Shown: in pieces, positions 57,601-64,000 of the stretch
Layout of the letters: every line of letters begins with the position of its first letter
Position numbering within the stretch: the stretch's first letter is position 1
From: the human T2T-CHM13v2.0 reference genome, Homo sapiens
Assembly (NCBI RefSeq): GCF_009914755.1
Contig: NC_060941.1
Direction: 5' to 3' (one strand)
DNA length: 64,000 nucleotides
Position numbers and translations under genes: made by a program
The notes under the pieces: model-generated
What the model saw: the letters and a program-made list of their open reading frames with translations, nothing else
What the model was told of the DNA's origin: nothing
Databases searched by the model: none

Positions 57601-58120
57601 ATAACTCCCAGAGTGCCTCAGACTTCAACAGCAATTGCCACCTGGAGACACTCGACAGTAAAAAGATGCTCCCCAAGCCTCTCTGCCTCTAGTCTAATCA
57701 ACTGCACTGCACTGTAACAGTGGACGGATTTAGGATTGCATATTAAATCAACTGCACACATCAATCCTCCCTGTCGGAAACTCGTGCTTCCCGTGACGCA
57801 GAAATTAAGCGGGGGGGGGGGGGGGCGTTAGAGGCATGTTGGGAAAGTATGTATCTAGAAGTTGGTGGGGTGGAGAAGGGAATACATGAAATCATCAGAC
57901 ACACAAAAAAAAAAAACACACACATACAAAAAAAAAACACACATAGTTGGCTCCAACCTGTTTCAGATACAAAACATCCAATGTATTTAGCTGGATGTAT
58001 CCAATCCAGTTAAATCCCAAGATAACAATTCCTTTAGCAGGTTTCAGTACAATTAGGAAGCAAACACCTAATCCTTGTTCAGTCATATACCTAACATTAT
58101 GGGGAACATACTCTCAGCAA

Positions 58121-58294
58121 CCAGACTGGAGGAGACTAAGACAACATGAAAAATAAATGCAATGTGTGATTCTGACCTGGATCCTTTTTGCTATAAAGTA
58201 TATAACTGGTATAATAATAAGCAACAGTTGAAGAGGATCTGATAATTATATGGAAGTAATGTGTCAATGTTACTTTCCTGATTTTGACAGTTGT
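58121..58294 (+). repeat. 174-bp near-identical copy of 35359-35532
   Basis: Direct comparison shows 3 substitutions in 174 bp. Confidence 0.95.
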
Positions 58295-63355
<5,061 letters not shown>

Positions 63356-64000
63356 CAAGACTCTATAGGAATGACTGATAAACCAGAATTAAAGCTCAAA
63401 GTCACGACAAGGGTGCCAAAGGGAAACACTTGTATGGTATATTTTTCCCTAATCTTCAAAATGACTGCTCCATCATTTATGGTTTAGGATGTTTGGGTTG
63501 TATGTTCTGGGAGTAGAGAGCTGGAAAGAAGGGGCAAGTTGTTAATTTTTCATACTGATGGGGTAGCACATGGTAGAAAAAGTAAAAAGCCAAAATCCTG
63601 AAAAAGTTTCACACACATAGACAAAATGAGACAGCAAACTTGTGAATCGAGCATGATTTGGCATCTTTAAATGCACAGCCAATTCCCTTCTAGTGCCAAA
63701 GCCAATGGCTTCTCCTGTAGATAAAATGGCACGGTTCCTGAAAAAGCCCTGGACGCTGTTTCCCCACAATCCTATAATCTGTCAGAAGACAGAAAACAAA
63801 AAGAAGGCTGTGCAAGCCAGAAAAAGCAAATTATAACCAACACAGAGCCAACACTTTACTTCAGACAGAAGGAGCTTTTCTATGCATCTTTGGAAAGGAA
63901 GAGACAAAAGAAGCTTACCATTGCTCAAATAATCAAGGCAAACAATAAAACAATTTAACCAAACACCATCTGGGATTAGCATTCAATGCAATAGCCTCCC

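Noticed and set aside
56976-57717. 205-aa and 239-aa ORFs across the CpG island
   Set aside because: Pro/Gly/Ala/Arg-rich, non-ATG starts; stop codons are scarce in GC-rich DNA.
63913-63975. Possible minus-strand exon ending ATG|gtaagc at 63919
   Set aside because: Good donor, but the nearest acceptor (ctaatcccag) lacks a polypyrimidine tract and the context is cut by the window edge.

Overview
Primate (almost certainly human) genomic DNA holding the 3' part of FAM222B (C17orf63; 17q11.2 from memory) on the minus strand. Two coding exons join in phase into a 562-aa protein: 11463-11382 (MLACLPGPG...GLQK) and 4669-3063. They are followed by a ~2.3-kb repeat-free 3' UTR ending near 775. The rest is intron, with an internal CpG island / likely alternative promoter at ~56960-57600. 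The intron holds roughly 95-100 Alu elements or fragments by hand count (about 40-45% of the window), L1PA/L1MA/L1MC fragments, L2, MIR, MER58A, Tigger3, MLT2, an RPL31 processed pseudogene and a 22-bp minisatellite. Almost all other ORFs in the track are Alu-derived or antisense shadows. Best leads: (1) a candidate 4-nt 'ATGG' microexon (56829-56826) that would supply an in-frame start if joined to the last exon, together with inverted Alus bracketing the normal start-codon exon; (2) a recent local copy of an L1MC segment plus a privately mutated AluY from ~35.4 kb to ~58.1 kb, with a microhomology-bounded internal skip; (3) overlapping uORFs at the main ATG; (4) a predicted PY-NLS and His/Gln hexapeptide repeat. 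No evidence of a wholly new multi-gene system.
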